A DNA stretch of 64,000 bases from Eledone cirrhosa (taxonomy: Eukaryota): assembly GCA_964016885.1 (NCBI GenBank), contig OZ024740.1, positions 232,748,001 through 232,812,000 on the forward strand, given 5' to 3'. The position numbers and the translations under genes were made by a program. The notes below the pieces were generated by a model. That model had not been told where the DNA came from, did no database searches, and worked only from the letters and a program-made list of their open reading frames with translations. Positions within the stretch are counted from its first letter, which is position 1. Each line of letters opens with the position of its first letter. Shown in pieces: positions 31,896-44,586 of this stretch.

Positions 31896-32240
31896 TATGA
31901 ATATGCAATGGCACAGGCACTCTCGATGGATGATAATACTGGGCTCTCCTTGAGGCTCCTGCACATTTGCTTCAAAGATTCTCTCGGCAACCTACATGTA
32001 CATTATAGCACTAGATTATGTTATGATTCACACTGACTAAAATGAGTGGGCCAAGATACTCAGCTAAAACAGTGCGAGATAAAAATTTTGCTGATATGGC
32101 GTAGTTATCTGACCTAACTAATGAAGGCCAACTGCTGTTCAAAACGAGTAAAAATAACTGCTGTGCAAATTGAACTACACCTGAAACGAGACAAAATCAG
32201 ACTGCCTCCCTTTTTATCAGTCTCTAGCGGATATCATTAA
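31895..32240 (+). mobile_element. RTE-like LINE RT core fragment, frameshifted
   Basis: YEYAMAQALSMDDNT..LQ(G)DSL..YMYIIALDYVM..RYSAKTVRDKNFADMA*LSD..EGQLL, matching RT motifs QGD and FADD. Confidence 0.7.
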
Positions 32241-32515
32241 ATTAAAGGGCAGAAAGGAAAAATTAAAGATATTAATGCCGATAATAACTCAAGCTTGATC
32301 GGCATCTAAAAAAATTGTAACAGAATGTAAATCAAATCTAAAACGTAGTAAACAAAGAGTGATCAATGAATTAAGTACCAGAGTTGAGAAGTAAGTACTG
32401 AAGTGGATATGATCGACAAAATGAAGGCCGTACACCTGCATGGCCGTAGTCTAATAGTTTAAATCAGTTAACCAAAAGAATATATTTGTGCATGCATATA
32501 TGGCTAAATGTGAGG

Positions 32516-32553
<38 letters not shown>

Positions 32554-32895
32554 GATAACAAGTTATTGTTATAGGTAATCCAGCTAGAGGTTGTGAGTAC
32601 TCCCGCGTCTTGGATAGTTTTAACGTACGGCTTTGTTTAACTCAACAAGATGTTTCCATAGTTAGGCAGCGAGTTCGCGGTAATTCCTATGTAGGTTATA
32701 CTTTGAGTAATAATAGTGAAAGAATGAAGAGTAACATGTATTCTGAGGAGTTGGTCAGAGGTAAATATTGTAATGTAGATCGAGTGACGCAACTTCGAGC
32801 GATTATATGACCTCTAGATTCACCTTATCAATGAAGCAATTATCAATACCTGAAATAAAGTTGTACAGCCAACCATGTTACTCTTCATTCTTTCA

Positions 32896-32935
<40 letters not shown>

Positions 32936-32974
32936 GATATTAACAAATGGAAACTTTATTTATAAAACCATATT

Positions 32975-33039
32975 TATTTCATTATACATATTTCAAGGAC
33001 ACCAAGTTAAATTATGGTGTGCTTTCATCAGATAAAATA
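32975..33039 (-). ncRNA. Minimal type-I hammerhead (left arm of P1)
   Basis: Minus strand TATTTTAT-CTGATGA-AAG.C.ACACCA..TGGTGT.C.CTT-GAAA-TATGTA-TA^ATGAAATA. Confidence 0.8.
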
Positions 33040-33118
33040 TAATATAGAGCAGTTTTATAAATAAATACTGGTTGCATTCTTTAAGGGTATGTCAATATTT
33101 ATTTATAAAACTGCTCTA

Positions 33119-33183
33119 TATTTTATCTGATGAAAGCACACCATAATTTAACTTGGTGTCTTTGAAATATGTATAATGAAATA
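33119..33183 (+). ncRNA. Minimal type-I hammerhead (right arm of P1)
   Basis: TATTTTAT-CTGATGA(33127-33)-AAG.C.ACACCA..TGGTGT.C.TTT-GAAA(33164-67)-TATGTA-TA^ATGAAATA. Confidence 0.8.
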
Positions 33184-33311
33184 AATGTTTTTATAAATAT
33201 AGTTTCCATTTGTTAATATCGTATTTTTACTCCAATTATTTGTTGAGTGCTTTATATCAGTTATAAAAATATTTGCTTGTTGTATCCCAACAATTTAAAT
33301 AGAACTTTTAC

Positions 33312-33460
<149 letters not shown>

Positions 33461-33676
33461 CGTGCGTGTGTATATGTCGAACAATGAAAACGAAAGGCGA
33501 AGTTAGTGCTTAATTTGTTCACTATTTCAAAAATTTGATTTAACCAAGATGAATCGATATAGTGACTAATCGTAAGTACTTTTACAGCTCAACAGATTCT
33601 TCGATACTTTGAGTCAAGACCTGAGTCTGGAATTAGCTGTTGAAACGGCAAGGTCTCAGTCATCGGATCACGGCTT

Positions 33677-33725
<49 letters not shown>

Positions 33726-33729
<4 letters not shown>

Positions 33730-33990
33730 TAAGGCGAGTAAAATTCCCGAGATCCATGGACGAGTTCTCTCCAGCGGTCTCTGTCCCTCATTATCGCTGC
33801 CATGTCCTGCGTCTCCAATAGACCAGTGTCTGTCCTTAGGGCATCAACATACGTTAACCTTGGTCTTCCTCTTCTAGTGTGTCCAAAGGAGCACTGAGTG
33901 CAATGTCAACTCTGGATGTCGGTGAGCATGCCCAGCTAACCTCAGTCTCCTCTGTGTCACTTTTGGGATGCTCCCATACAGCTCTGAGTT
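33726..33990 (-). mobile_element. RTE-like LINE 3' end, same family as 18314-18528
   Basis: Reverse-complement identity over about 200 bp, including the RLAGHAHRHPE and GRPRLTY coding segments. Confidence 0.85.
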
Positions 33991-34230
33991 TTTCATCTAT
34001 ATATATAGGTAAATAGATAGATACATATACATTATATCAGAAATTGGAAGTCAAATGATGCTAGAATTTGTTTGTTCAAGGTCAACTCTGATCAAATCGT
34101 TCTTCTAAGCATGGCCATGTCATTTTTTCCCATACATGCTGGTGCCTAAGATGAAATTAGCCATTGTGTTCTTCCTTTTTATACGTACACAATGTTTTTT
34201 TTAAGTGAGATTATTCCACCACATTTTGAT

Positions 34231-34696
34231 CAGTGTTTCACAAACCTTTCAGTAACACGGTTACCTTTTATCTAAATCAATTTTCCCACCGTTCCCGTTG
34301 CCTAGTTTGTTAAACAGTGACAATAATAAACGAAGAGAGAAGCTTTTACACTTAGTGGAGTATAGATACAGAATAATTTGGGTATATCATAATTCTAAGA
34401 AAGTACTTAAAATTCTGAACATAACTAATGAACATGAAGAGCTTAACTTATGGACCCGCAAGGGTCTAAAAGTACTTGATATTCGGAATATAACTATCGG
34501 ACATGAAGTGTTAACTTATGCACCCGCAAGGGCCTAAAAGTAATTAATATTCTGAATATAACTAGCGGTCATGAAGTGTTAACTTATGGACCAAAAACGG
34601 TCTAAAAGTACTTGATATTCTGAATATAACTAGCAGACATAAAGTGTTAACGTATGGACCCGCAAGGGTCTATGGACCCCAAATTGGGAACCACTG
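34231..34696. mobile_element. hAT (Charlie-like) MITE containing four tandem 68-69-bp repeats (about 34400-34672)
   Basis: TIRs CAGTGTTTCACAAA / ATTGGGAACCACTG. 8-bp flanks ATTTTGAT / ATATAGAT (6/8 match). Unit anchor positions 34403, 34472, 34540, 34608. Confidence 0.75.
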
Positions 34697-35215
34697 ATAT
34701 AGATGTATTACTAATCATTCCACTCATGATATAATATGCATAGTTAAATAACCTTCAGTAAAGACCAGGCCGGGGAAATATTTTAAAAGATATGTTTTAT
34801 AAACTGTATATTTAATAGTAACAATACAGATTTTGTGTGTGTGAATCGTATTTGGGTTATCTATACTGTTGCAACATGTAGGGCTGTAACATTTCACAGA
34901 AACCGTATAGTTGCTGGACGCACACACTTTTATATTTACTTGCTACACATTATGTGAAGTGAAATAAATTTCCAGGAAGTAAATTAAGGTTTTGTCTAAA
35001 AAAAAAAAAAAAATCACAGGAAAATATATTCCATTTCATCGCCAAAAATAATTAAGATAACTATCAATTAATATTTTAAGTAGATTATTAACTCATATTA
35101 GATGACTTACTTACATACGGTGATAACCGAATATTTATAACGTATTTAAAAAAACAGTCAGGCTTGTTTAATATACGTTTTAAAAAATCAACAAACGACA
35201 ATAACTTGGTAATTT

Positions 35216-35419
35216 AATTGTTTCTACTTTAGGCACAAGGCCAGCAATTATCCAGTGCATTACTGGTACTTTATTTTATCGTATTAGCTTCAAGTATGAA
35301 TGCATGAAAATCTGCACAAGGAAAGGTCACGCGAAATCTCATTAAATTGGTAATTTAATGAGATTTCGCGTGACCTTTCCTTGTGCAGATTGTCATGCAT
35401 TCATACTTGAAACTAATAC
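35216..35419. repeat. SINE A 3' fragment (35216-35281, -) abutting a ~139-bp near-perfect palindrome (35281-35419)
   Basis: GTATTAGCTTCAAGTATGAATGCATGA...CTCATTAAATT ggt AATTTAATGAG...TCATGCATTCATACTTGAAACTAATAC. Confidence 0.9.
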
Positions 35420-35923
35420 AGAAAAAAAAACGTACGTCAAATAACAACAAAGTCCATGCCCGAACACAGAGCCGGGGGAGGGGGCGAGTAAATTAGTTGG
35501 AGATGGAGGATGGTCGTTCGTACATAACTTTCTCTCCATTTCTAAATATACTTGATTCTTTCTATAGACATTATAAAGTAAAAGACACATGTAATACATT
35601 AAAATGGAAAATACATTAAAATGGAAATGATGTACTTTTTCAGCAAATGTAAAACATGGCTGACCAGGCATATGCCCAAAGATATTCCAGTCATGATCAT
35701 TCCAACTCATTTATAGATGGTGTGTTATGTCAAGGACTGGTTTGTTTGTTTGTTTATGGCAGCACCAGAGCGCACAATCTGGTCTTATTAATATATATAT
35801 ATATATATGTATATATAATATATATGTATATAATATATTTTATATATATATATATGTATATATATATACATATATATATATATAATATATTTTATATATG
35901 TATATATTATATATTTTATATTT

Positions 35924-36003
<80 letters not shown>

Positions 36004-36266
36004 TATGTATATATATATAATATATTATATATATATATAATATATTAAATATATATATAATATATTATATATAAAATATATTATATATATATATATATAA
36101 AATATATTATATATACACACATATATATATACTTAGGTTAATAGGAGTTAGGTATTGTATACCCGTGTCCCATTAAGGTATTGGCAGCATAATAATTAGC
36201 TCTATGCTTTGGAGCAGAGCCGTATATATGAAAATGAACAAAAGAGCGTCTACAACATCAAAAGAT

Positions 36267-36326
36267 TTTTATTGGCTTACAATGTTTCTTCCTTACGTAA
36301 CCGTAGGATTCGTCAGAGCTATAAAA
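36267..36326 (-). ncRNA. Type-I hammerhead at the end of a Penelope-like remnant (about 36240-36575)
   Basis: Minus strand TTTTATAGCT-CTGACGA-A.TCCTACG gtta CGTAAGGA.A-GAAA-CATTG-TA^AGCCAATAAAA; GUA site. Confidence 0.7.
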
Positions 36327-37133
36327 GGGGTTTGATTGGTGTTATGGACTCTACCAACCAAACATTCAAGAACAAAGAGTAAAGAGAGTAAAGAGCAAAA
36401 GTAGGGGACGATGAGTCTAATTTTGGTGCGGGAGGGTGGGGTGTGGGTCCTTGTTTACTAGCTGCGGTCATATTCATTCCCGGGAGTCGGGTGGTTAGCT
36501 GAACCATAGATGGGGTGGCGTCGATAGTATGGTGCAGAGGGTACGCAGAGGCTACACAAACACAAAGGGCATACAATATATATATATATATAGCGGAGGA
36601 GAAAGTACATGAGGTAATTAGAAATGGAAAAAGAGTAATAATAATAATCTATAATTAATAGTGTATAATAAAGCATGGGGAAGATAACACTATAATAAGG
36701 TATAAAAGTAAGAATAAGGTAAAATATAAAGGAGAATAAAAGTGGAAATAATAAAGATAAAAAAATAAAGATAAAAAAATATATAGAGAATATATAAAGA
36801 AATATAAGCGAATATTTGGAGGGGAAAACACAATGTAAAAAAACCGATTTTTTCAAATAATAATAAAAATATAATAATTATGGGGGGAGAGAACGGGATA
36901 GAGAAATATGATCAAGTGTGATTAGTTGAGAGAATATATATATATATATATATATATACGTGTGTGTGTATGTAAAATATATAAATATATATACTGTATA
37001 TACATATCAGTTTATACATACACATACACACACACACACATATATTTAGTGTGTATTTTTATATAATATATGTATGTATGTGCGTCTGTGTATATGTATG
37101 TACGTATATATATATGCATGTATAAGGTGTATG

Positions 37134-37172
<39 letters not shown>

Positions 37173-37175
<3 letters not shown>

Positions 37176-37736
37176 ATAAGGTATGTGCATAGAAACATTT
37201 GATAAGATATATACACCATCTCCTCTCCCAATCTGCATAATCAACCACACAAAAAAAACAAAACAATTAAACCAGGCTATTAGATTAAAAGGCACCTATG
37301 AAGAAATAATAGATAAATAAACGACAGGCATCTATTCGCGATCAACAGCTATAGAATATTTACCCAGCATTTCAATAGCACGTGGAAATCGATTAAATAT
37401 ATCGTCAACCATACACAATTAGGTATAAAATTAAAGTTAGACGAAAAAATGTATATAAACATACCAAGACTAACTTTAATTTTATACCTAATTGTGTATG
37501 ATTGACGATATATCTAATCGATTTACACGTGCGATTGAAATGCTGGGTAAATATTCTATAGCTGTTGATCGCGAATAGATGGCTGTCGTTTATTTATCTC
37601 TTATTTCTTCATAGGTGCCTTTTAATCTAATAGCCTGGTTTAATTGTTTTGTTTTTTTGTGTGGTTGATTATGCTGATTGGGAGAGGAAATTGTGTATAT
37701 ATCTTATCAAATGATTCTATGGACATACCTTATTGT
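37173..37736. repeat. Long fold-back: ~267-bp arms, 29-bp spacer, extra tail to about 37810, in (TA)n
   Basis: Arms 37173-37440 and 37470-37736 are reverse complements with scattered mismatches. Confidence 0.92.
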
Positions 37737-37859
37737 ATATTGCTCTGATTGTTGATTATTTAATTAATTAATTCGTCATTGAGCCACATAGTGAATGGTT
37801 TCCAAAAACATATATATATTATATATATATGACTTTGTCAAGTTTGTGTATAAGTAAAT

Positions 37860-37940
<81 letters not shown>

Positions 37941-38094
37941 TATATATATATGTAGATAAATCTACCAAGAGTTTACGGTAGTGTCCAATCCGTATGAAGA
38001 ACTCAATGTAATCCGGATATCATGGAAAGAAGAGATGCAATGAAAAATCACTTTCGGTGAAAGATAAACGGAATACAGAGTCAAGATAAAATAT

Positions 38095-38460
38095 AAAAAA
38101 AATAATGAATAAAACAATGAAACAGATCCTTATATTAAACAAAAAAAGTTCATTATTTAACGATCGTTTCTAGGATATATATGTGTTAGAATTGGCATGC
38201 ATATTCAACAGATCTATGTACAAAATTATACAAAATTATACAAACTATCAAAATTATTTTTCTGAAGACGGCATATATATGTGTTGGGTATGTATATTTA
38301 ATTTTGATAGTTTGTATAATTTTGTATAATTTTGTACATAGATCTGTTGAATATGCATGCCAATTCTAACACATATATATCCTAGAAACGATCGTTAAAT
38401 AATGAACTTTTTTTGTTTAATATAAGGAACTGTTTCATTGTTTTATTCATTATTTTTTTT
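38095..38460. mobile_element. Fold-back element with ~160-bp arms; the spacer plus right arm form a hammerhead
   Basis: Arms 38095-38256 and 38299-38460 are near-perfect; (TA)n lies to the right. Confidence 0.9.
38253..38403 (+). ncRNA. Type-I hammerhead with a ~115-nt stem II
   Basis: ATTATTTTT-CTGAAGA(38262-68)-C.GG.C.ATATATATGTGTTGG-GTATGTATATTTAA...TTGAATATGCATGC-caatt-CTAACACATATATAT.C.CT.A-GAAA(38385-88)-CGATCG-TT^AAATAAT. Confidence 0.72.
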
Positions 38461-38480
38461 ATATATATATATATATATTT

Positions 38481-38518
<38 letters not shown>

Positions 38519-38549
38519 ATATATATATTTTATATATATATATATATAT

Positions 38550-38623
<74 letters not shown>

Positions 38624-38800
38624 GTATATGAATATATAAATATATATATATGTATATATATATATACATATATGTAGGAGGTGAGTTTTATTGTAGTACA
38701 ATAAAGCAATGCAGATATCGGATAAGAAGCACTCTACAGTTTGTAGGACTGGAGTATACATAATATATAAGATCAAAAGATGGTTAAAGGAGTTCCATGT

Positions 38801-38869
38801 ATTTTATTATGCGCATTTCAAAAACAAACATCATCATGCAATAATATTTGTGTTTTCATCAGATAAAAC
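38801..38869 (-). ncRNA. Minimal type-I hammerhead
   Basis: Minus strand GTTTTAT-CTGATGA-AAA.C.ACAAATATT..GATGTTTGT.T.TTT-GAAA-TGCGCA-TA^ATAAAAT. Stem III palindrome ATGCGCAT. Confidence 0.8.
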
Positions 38870-39095
38870 AGGAGAACATGATATGAAGGCTAAAAAACAC
38901 TTGTGGATAGTGCAGTTTTAAATCAACATATATATATATGTGTGTGTGTGTGTATATATATATAAATATATATATACATGTATGAGTGTGCATATCGTGT
39001 GTGCGTGTGTGTGAAGCACATTGATATATATCCACTCACACAGGCACACACGAATTAATATATTTTAAACAATAGGTAGGGAATGAATTGTTCCC

Positions 39096-39281
39096 GTGGA
39101 TTGGCAGTATCGGTAGAGGGTCGGACGCCATGCTTTCCAGCATATTTACGTCCCTTTACGATCTCAGTTCAAATCTCGCCGAGGTTGACTTTACCTTTCA
39201 TCATTACGGGGTCGATAAAAATAAAGTACCAGCAATGCACTGGGGAATTTGCTGGCCTTGTGCCTAAAGTAGAAACAATTA
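39096..39281 (+). mobile_element. SINE family A, near full length
   Basis: Matches consensus. A truncated minus copy lies at 39946-40047. Confidence 0.9.
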
Positions 39282-39749
39282 TTGAATTTATATCTATGTA
39301 ACACTTATGTTCTTTCATGAAAGATTACCTGTGCACAAATATTACTACTTATGCATGTTATATGGAAGCGCATATGTAGATATATATATATATATATAAC
39401 GGATCTTTATACATATATGTATATATATATAGAGAGAGAGAGGGAGGCATAATGACATATACACCCACACGCAGAATATATTAATGTATTATTAATATAT
39501 ATATATATATATATAAAAAAACAAATAAATATATATATATTCATATATATATATTATATATACATATATATTTATATTTATATTTATATATATATATGTA
39601 TATATATATATTTATTTATTTATATTTATATTTATTTATATATTCTGTGTGTCTGTAGAAGTGTATGTGTATATATGTATTACTCTATATATTTCGCTCT
39701 CCCTATATATATATATATGTTTGTTATATATATATATATATGTAGCAAG

Positions 39750-39781
<32 letters not shown>

Positions 39782-39894
39782 TGTACATAAATACATATGT
39801 ATTTGTATATATATATATATATATCATAATCTATAAAGCTATCTATATATGATGATATGTATGCTCACATATAGTGTATAATTATGAGATATTC

Positions 39895-39944
<50 letters not shown>

Positions 39945-40277
39945 TTAATTGTTTCTGATTTTGGCACAAAGCCAGCATATACCAGTACATTACTGGTACA
40001 TTATTTTATCGACCCCGTAAGGATGAAAGGCAAAGTTAACCTCGGCGTGTAGTAATAATGAGAAATTTGAAGACTAAAATCCAAAGCAGCTTTGCTTAAG
40101 TTTTAATCTGTTATCTTAAATATATATATATATATATATATAAAACACATATGTTGTATAACATTGACCTACGCGCATATATACATGCATACATACATAC
40201 ATACATACATACATACATACATACATACATACATACATACATACATACATACATACATACATACATACATACATACA

Positions 40278-40790
40278 ACAACAAACGAGAAAGAATATAT
40301 TGAGACAGATGGCACTAAGGAATACTGGTAGAACCTGAAAATATAAAATGCCATCAAATTAAAGCACAACCGGCCTGATATTGTAGTTTGGGACCACACA
40401 TTGAAAACGTGTTCTGTTGTGGAGATCAGCTGGCCACTTGATGTAAACGTTGTCAGAAAAATACAGGAGAAGGAGGACATCTACGGACCATTGATGAGGA
40501 GTTTACAAATCCAGTATCCAAGATACACCTTTAGCTTCATACCCATCATTATTGGAGCTACGGGTTATATACCAACCCGCTTGGACCAAAGTATCACTGA
40601 ACTTGGATTTGCGGACAAAAAGCGCAGCTCCCTAATTCATAGTCTACAAATGACTGCGATAGCTGGCACCTTCAAAATTTACAAAACATTCTTGCGATTC
40701 AAAGGATGACAATTTCTTTTCTTTTACAACCTTGCCAGCAGGAAGGTGGCCGGTCAAAAAAAATATACTCGAAATTAAGAGAAAGAGATA
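40278..40790 (+). mobile_element. R4/Dong-like non-LTR retrotransposon 3' end (restriction-like endonuclease domain) within (TACA)n
   Basis: One frame reads KEYW*NLKI*NAIKLKHNRPDIVVWDHTLKTCSVVEISWPLDVNVVRKIQEKEDIYGPL...IPIIIGATG...KIYKTFL, giving RLE motifs PD..E..K..Y and P..IGA.G. (TACA)n at about 40189-40276 and 40791-40887. Confidence 0.85.
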
Positions 40791-41239
40791 ACATACACAC
40801 ATACATACATACATACATACATACATACATACATACATACATACATACATACATACATACATACATACATACATACATACATACATACCACATGTACATA
40901 ACGATACATGTAAACAGGTGCACGGCCAGATATATCATACATAAATATATATTCACACGCATCGATGTGCATATATTGAAAGCCATTTGCATTAGAATCA
41001 TCTAAGCCCGAACTCAACGGCTGAAATGTTATATGAGTAATGTAAAGGAAAGACATAACAGTTATCTGTTAAGCTTCTGCCATGCATTTGTGCATCATTA
41101 AATTTGGGTCCCAAGGTGTTTGACGAGAGTATAGTGTCTATGCATTATTACAATGTGTACACATCTAAAAGAGACACACAGACAGCTACATACATACAAG
41201 AACATTCACTCATAAACATATTCTAAATTCCTCCTTACT

Positions 41240-41668
41240 GTGTGTATATATGTATGTATCCTTGTATGTTTATATGTATATATGTACGTATGTATGTATG
41301 TATGTATGTATGTATGTATATTTGTTGATTTGTATATATGTATGTATATTTGTTGATTTGTATATATGTATGTATGTTTGTATGTTTGTATATGTGTATG
41401 TGTGTATGTATATACATATATATATATTTGTAGATTTGTACGTATGTCTTTGTGTATGTATGTATATATATGTTTGTAGGTTTGTATGTATGTATATATG
41501 TATGTATGTATGTAAGTATGTATATTTGTTGATTTGTATGTATGTATGTTTGTATGTTTGTATATATGTATGTGTGTATATATATACATATATATATATT
41601 TGTAGATTTGTACGTATGTCTTTGTGTGTGTATGTATGTATATATATGTTTGTAGGTTTGTATGTATG

Positions 41669-41699
<31 letters not shown>

Positions 41700-42490
41700 A
41701 TTTGTTGATTTGTATGTATGTTTGTATGTGTGTATATATACGTGTGTATGTATTTACATATATATATGTTTGTAGATTTGTACGTATGTATGTGTGTATG
41801 TATGTATATATGTTTGTAGGTTTGTATGTATGTATATATGTATGTATGTATGTATATTTGTTGATTTGTATGTATGTATATTTGTTGATTTGTATGTATG
41901 TATGTTTGTATGTTTGAATATGTGTATGTGTGTATGTATATACATATATATATGTTTGTAGATTTCTACGTATGTATATGTGTATGTATGTATATATATA
42001 TGTTTGTAGGTTTGTATGTATGTATATATGTATGTATGTTTTTCTGGTTTTATAATTTCACCAAGTTTTACCAATAGAGAGAGAGTCGGTTTCTAACATA
42101 GATACAAGACACTCTCATTGGAATTTACACATCAACTAGGTAGATATGCATGCATGTGTAGATATGGATGCTATTGTATGTGTGGATGTATATACATATA
42201 TATGTTAGTAGATTTGTACGTATGTATTTGTGTATGATTGTATATATATGTTTGTAGGTTTGTATGTATGTATGTATATTTGTTGATTTGTATGTATGTA
42301 TGTATGTTTGTATGTTTGTATATATGTATGTATATATGTATATACATATATATATATATGTTAGTAGATTTGTACGTATGTATTTGTGTATGTATGTGTA
42401 TATATGTTTGTAGGTTTGTATGTATGTGTGTATGTATGTATATTTGTTGATTTGTATGTATGTATGTATATTTGTTGATTTGTATGTATG

Positions 42491-42524
<34 letters not shown>

Positions 42525-42700
42525 TGTATGTATGTATGTATGAATGTATATTTGTTGATTTGTATGTTTGTATGTATGTATGTATGTGTGTATATATGTA
42601 TGTGTGTATGTATTTACATATATATATGTTTGTAGATTTGTACGTATGTATGTGTGTATGTATGTATGTATGTATGTATGTATGTATGTATGTATGTATG
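41240..42700. repeat. (TATG)n-derived satellite with ~170-bp higher-order units
   Basis: Ordered motifs TTTGTAGATTTGTACG, TTTGTAGGTTTG and TTTGTTGATTTG recur, the first at about 41427, 41599, 41769, 41955, 42205, 42361 and 42628. Confidence 0.85.
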
Positions 42701-43241
42701 TCTTCAATGCAGTTGTTGGCGTTGTAGAGTCGTCTTCTGTTTCATCATATCTTGCCTTGTCTGATAAAATCACTGATAGTCTTACGACGACTCATATTCA
42801 TACTACAGACGTACGTTTCCATTCATATATATGTGTGTATGTATATAATAAATATGCATGTATATATTTATATATGTGTATATATATGTGTGTGTGTGTG
42901 TCTGTGTGTGTGTGTGTGTGTGTATGTGTGTGTGTGTGTGTGTGTGCAGGCAAAAACATACATAAGCGCGCATGTATATACACACACATGTATATACATA
43001 CATGTATATACATACACACACATATATATATATATGTATACATATGTATGTATGTACACATGTTTGCTTGTACGCGCGTACGTATAGATGTTTATGTGTG
43101 TGCATAAAAACACACAGGACTTGAACGGTTTTTTTATTCGTAAGACACTATTCTTAAGAATGAAGCAGTTCTAGTCATATAGATGTTACTTATATAATAA
43201 AATAAAGATGACTATAAGCCTATACAGTCCTAATGTATTGA

Positions 43242-43300
<59 letters not shown>

Positions 43301-43381
43301 CGCTGACTTAATATATAAAATTAATACACACACTCAATTCAAAAACTTGATAATACGGTTTATGTCTTCAAACATTATAAA

Positions 43382-44268
43382 CAAGGTGGGTCAGAAAAGT
43401 TCCAGGACTGATGTCACAAAAGATTTATTTCAAACCCAAACTTAAAACTGAGAGTTTTCTCCTTCAAAGTAAATCCCCCTGGTGTCTAATGCACCTTTCT
43501 ATCCTTTTCTGTCACGCTTGCATGCACTCCTTGAAGGACTCTTCCAGGAACCTCCGCAGTTCGGTCGTCACGGCCTTTTTGATGTCGTCCACGTCTTCAA
43601 AACGGGTCCCCTCCGGGTCGCACTCGAAGATCCATGACTCATCACCGGTGATCACTGTCCTTAGCAAGTCTGGTTCGGTTTCAAGACGCTCGAGGGTGTC
43701 CTGGCTCACTTGTATGCACCATCGTTCAGCAGTTTTGGCACCATCTTCGCGCAGACTTTCCGCATGTCCAAATCTTCAGTGAGAATTTTCCAGACGCTGT
43801 TCCTATTCATGCCCAGCTCATTTGCCATCAGTCGAACAGTCAGCCGAGGATCGCTACGCACCATCTGCCTGACGCGCTCAACGTTGACCTCAGTCCTGGT
43901 TGTTGAGGGCCTTCCGCTCCTGAGGTCATCTTCCACGTCCTCGCGTCCTTCTTTAAACCCCTTGCACCAATCGAAAAGACGTGACCGTGACATCGTCTCA
44001 TCTGCATACACTTGCTGCAGCAATCCCAGTGCTTCTGACGGAGTTTTCAAGTTTGTTCGTTGCTCTGTGCTCAATGCTTGACGACCTGAAACAGAGGACA
44101 TGTATGTAAAATTATGAAGAAAAAAGTTTGATCGCTGCAGAGAGCTAAGATTACAGTTACATACTCCAGGGGGTTTACTTTGAAGGAAAAAAACTCTTAG
44201 TGTGAAGTTTGGGTTTGAAATAAATCTTTTGTGACATCAGTGCTGTAACTTTTCTGAGACACACCTCG
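43382..44268 (-). mobile_element. Mariner (Tc1/mariner) element, internally deleted, ~100-bp TIRs
   Basis: HTH region EQRTNLK..VYADETMSRSRLFDWCKGFKEGREDVEDDLRSGRPST..RKVCAKMVPKLL. After a frameshift, VITGDESWIFECDPE joins directly to GTRFEDVDDIKKAV, so the second and third catalytic D regions are missing. TIRs 43382-43483 and 44165-44268; TA at the right end. Confidence 0.95.
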
Positions 44269-44269
44269 T

Positions 44270-44360
<91 letters not shown>

Positions 44361-44398
44361 ATAGATATTTATATACATATATATTATATATATAAACA

Positions 44399-44586
44399 TA
44401 ATTGTTTCTACTTTCGGCACAAGGCCAGCAATTATTCCAGTGTATTACTGGTACTTTATTTTACCGAAACCGTAAAGATGAAAGGCAAAATTAACCTCGG
44501 TGGGATTTGAATTCAGACTGTAAAGGGGCGTAACTCTATGCTGCAAAGCATGGCGTCCGACCCTCTACTGATACTGCCAATCCACG
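44399..44586 (-). mobile_element. SINE family A
   Basis: Reverse complement of consensus. Confidence 0.9.

Larger units (their letters stand above)
32933..33311 (+). mobile_element. Fold-back element family P1: palindrome 32933-33223 plus one-sided tail ending at (TA)n
   Basis: TACGATATTAACAAATGGAAAC... / ...GTTTCCATTTGTTAATATCGTA. Each arm carries a hammerhead. Confidence 0.88.

Noticed and set aside
34298-34672. Leucine-rich-repeat-like ORF (KVLKILNI..LKVLDIRNI)
   Set aside because: Most units are 68 bp, so the frame shifts, and the array lies inside hAT-type TIRs.
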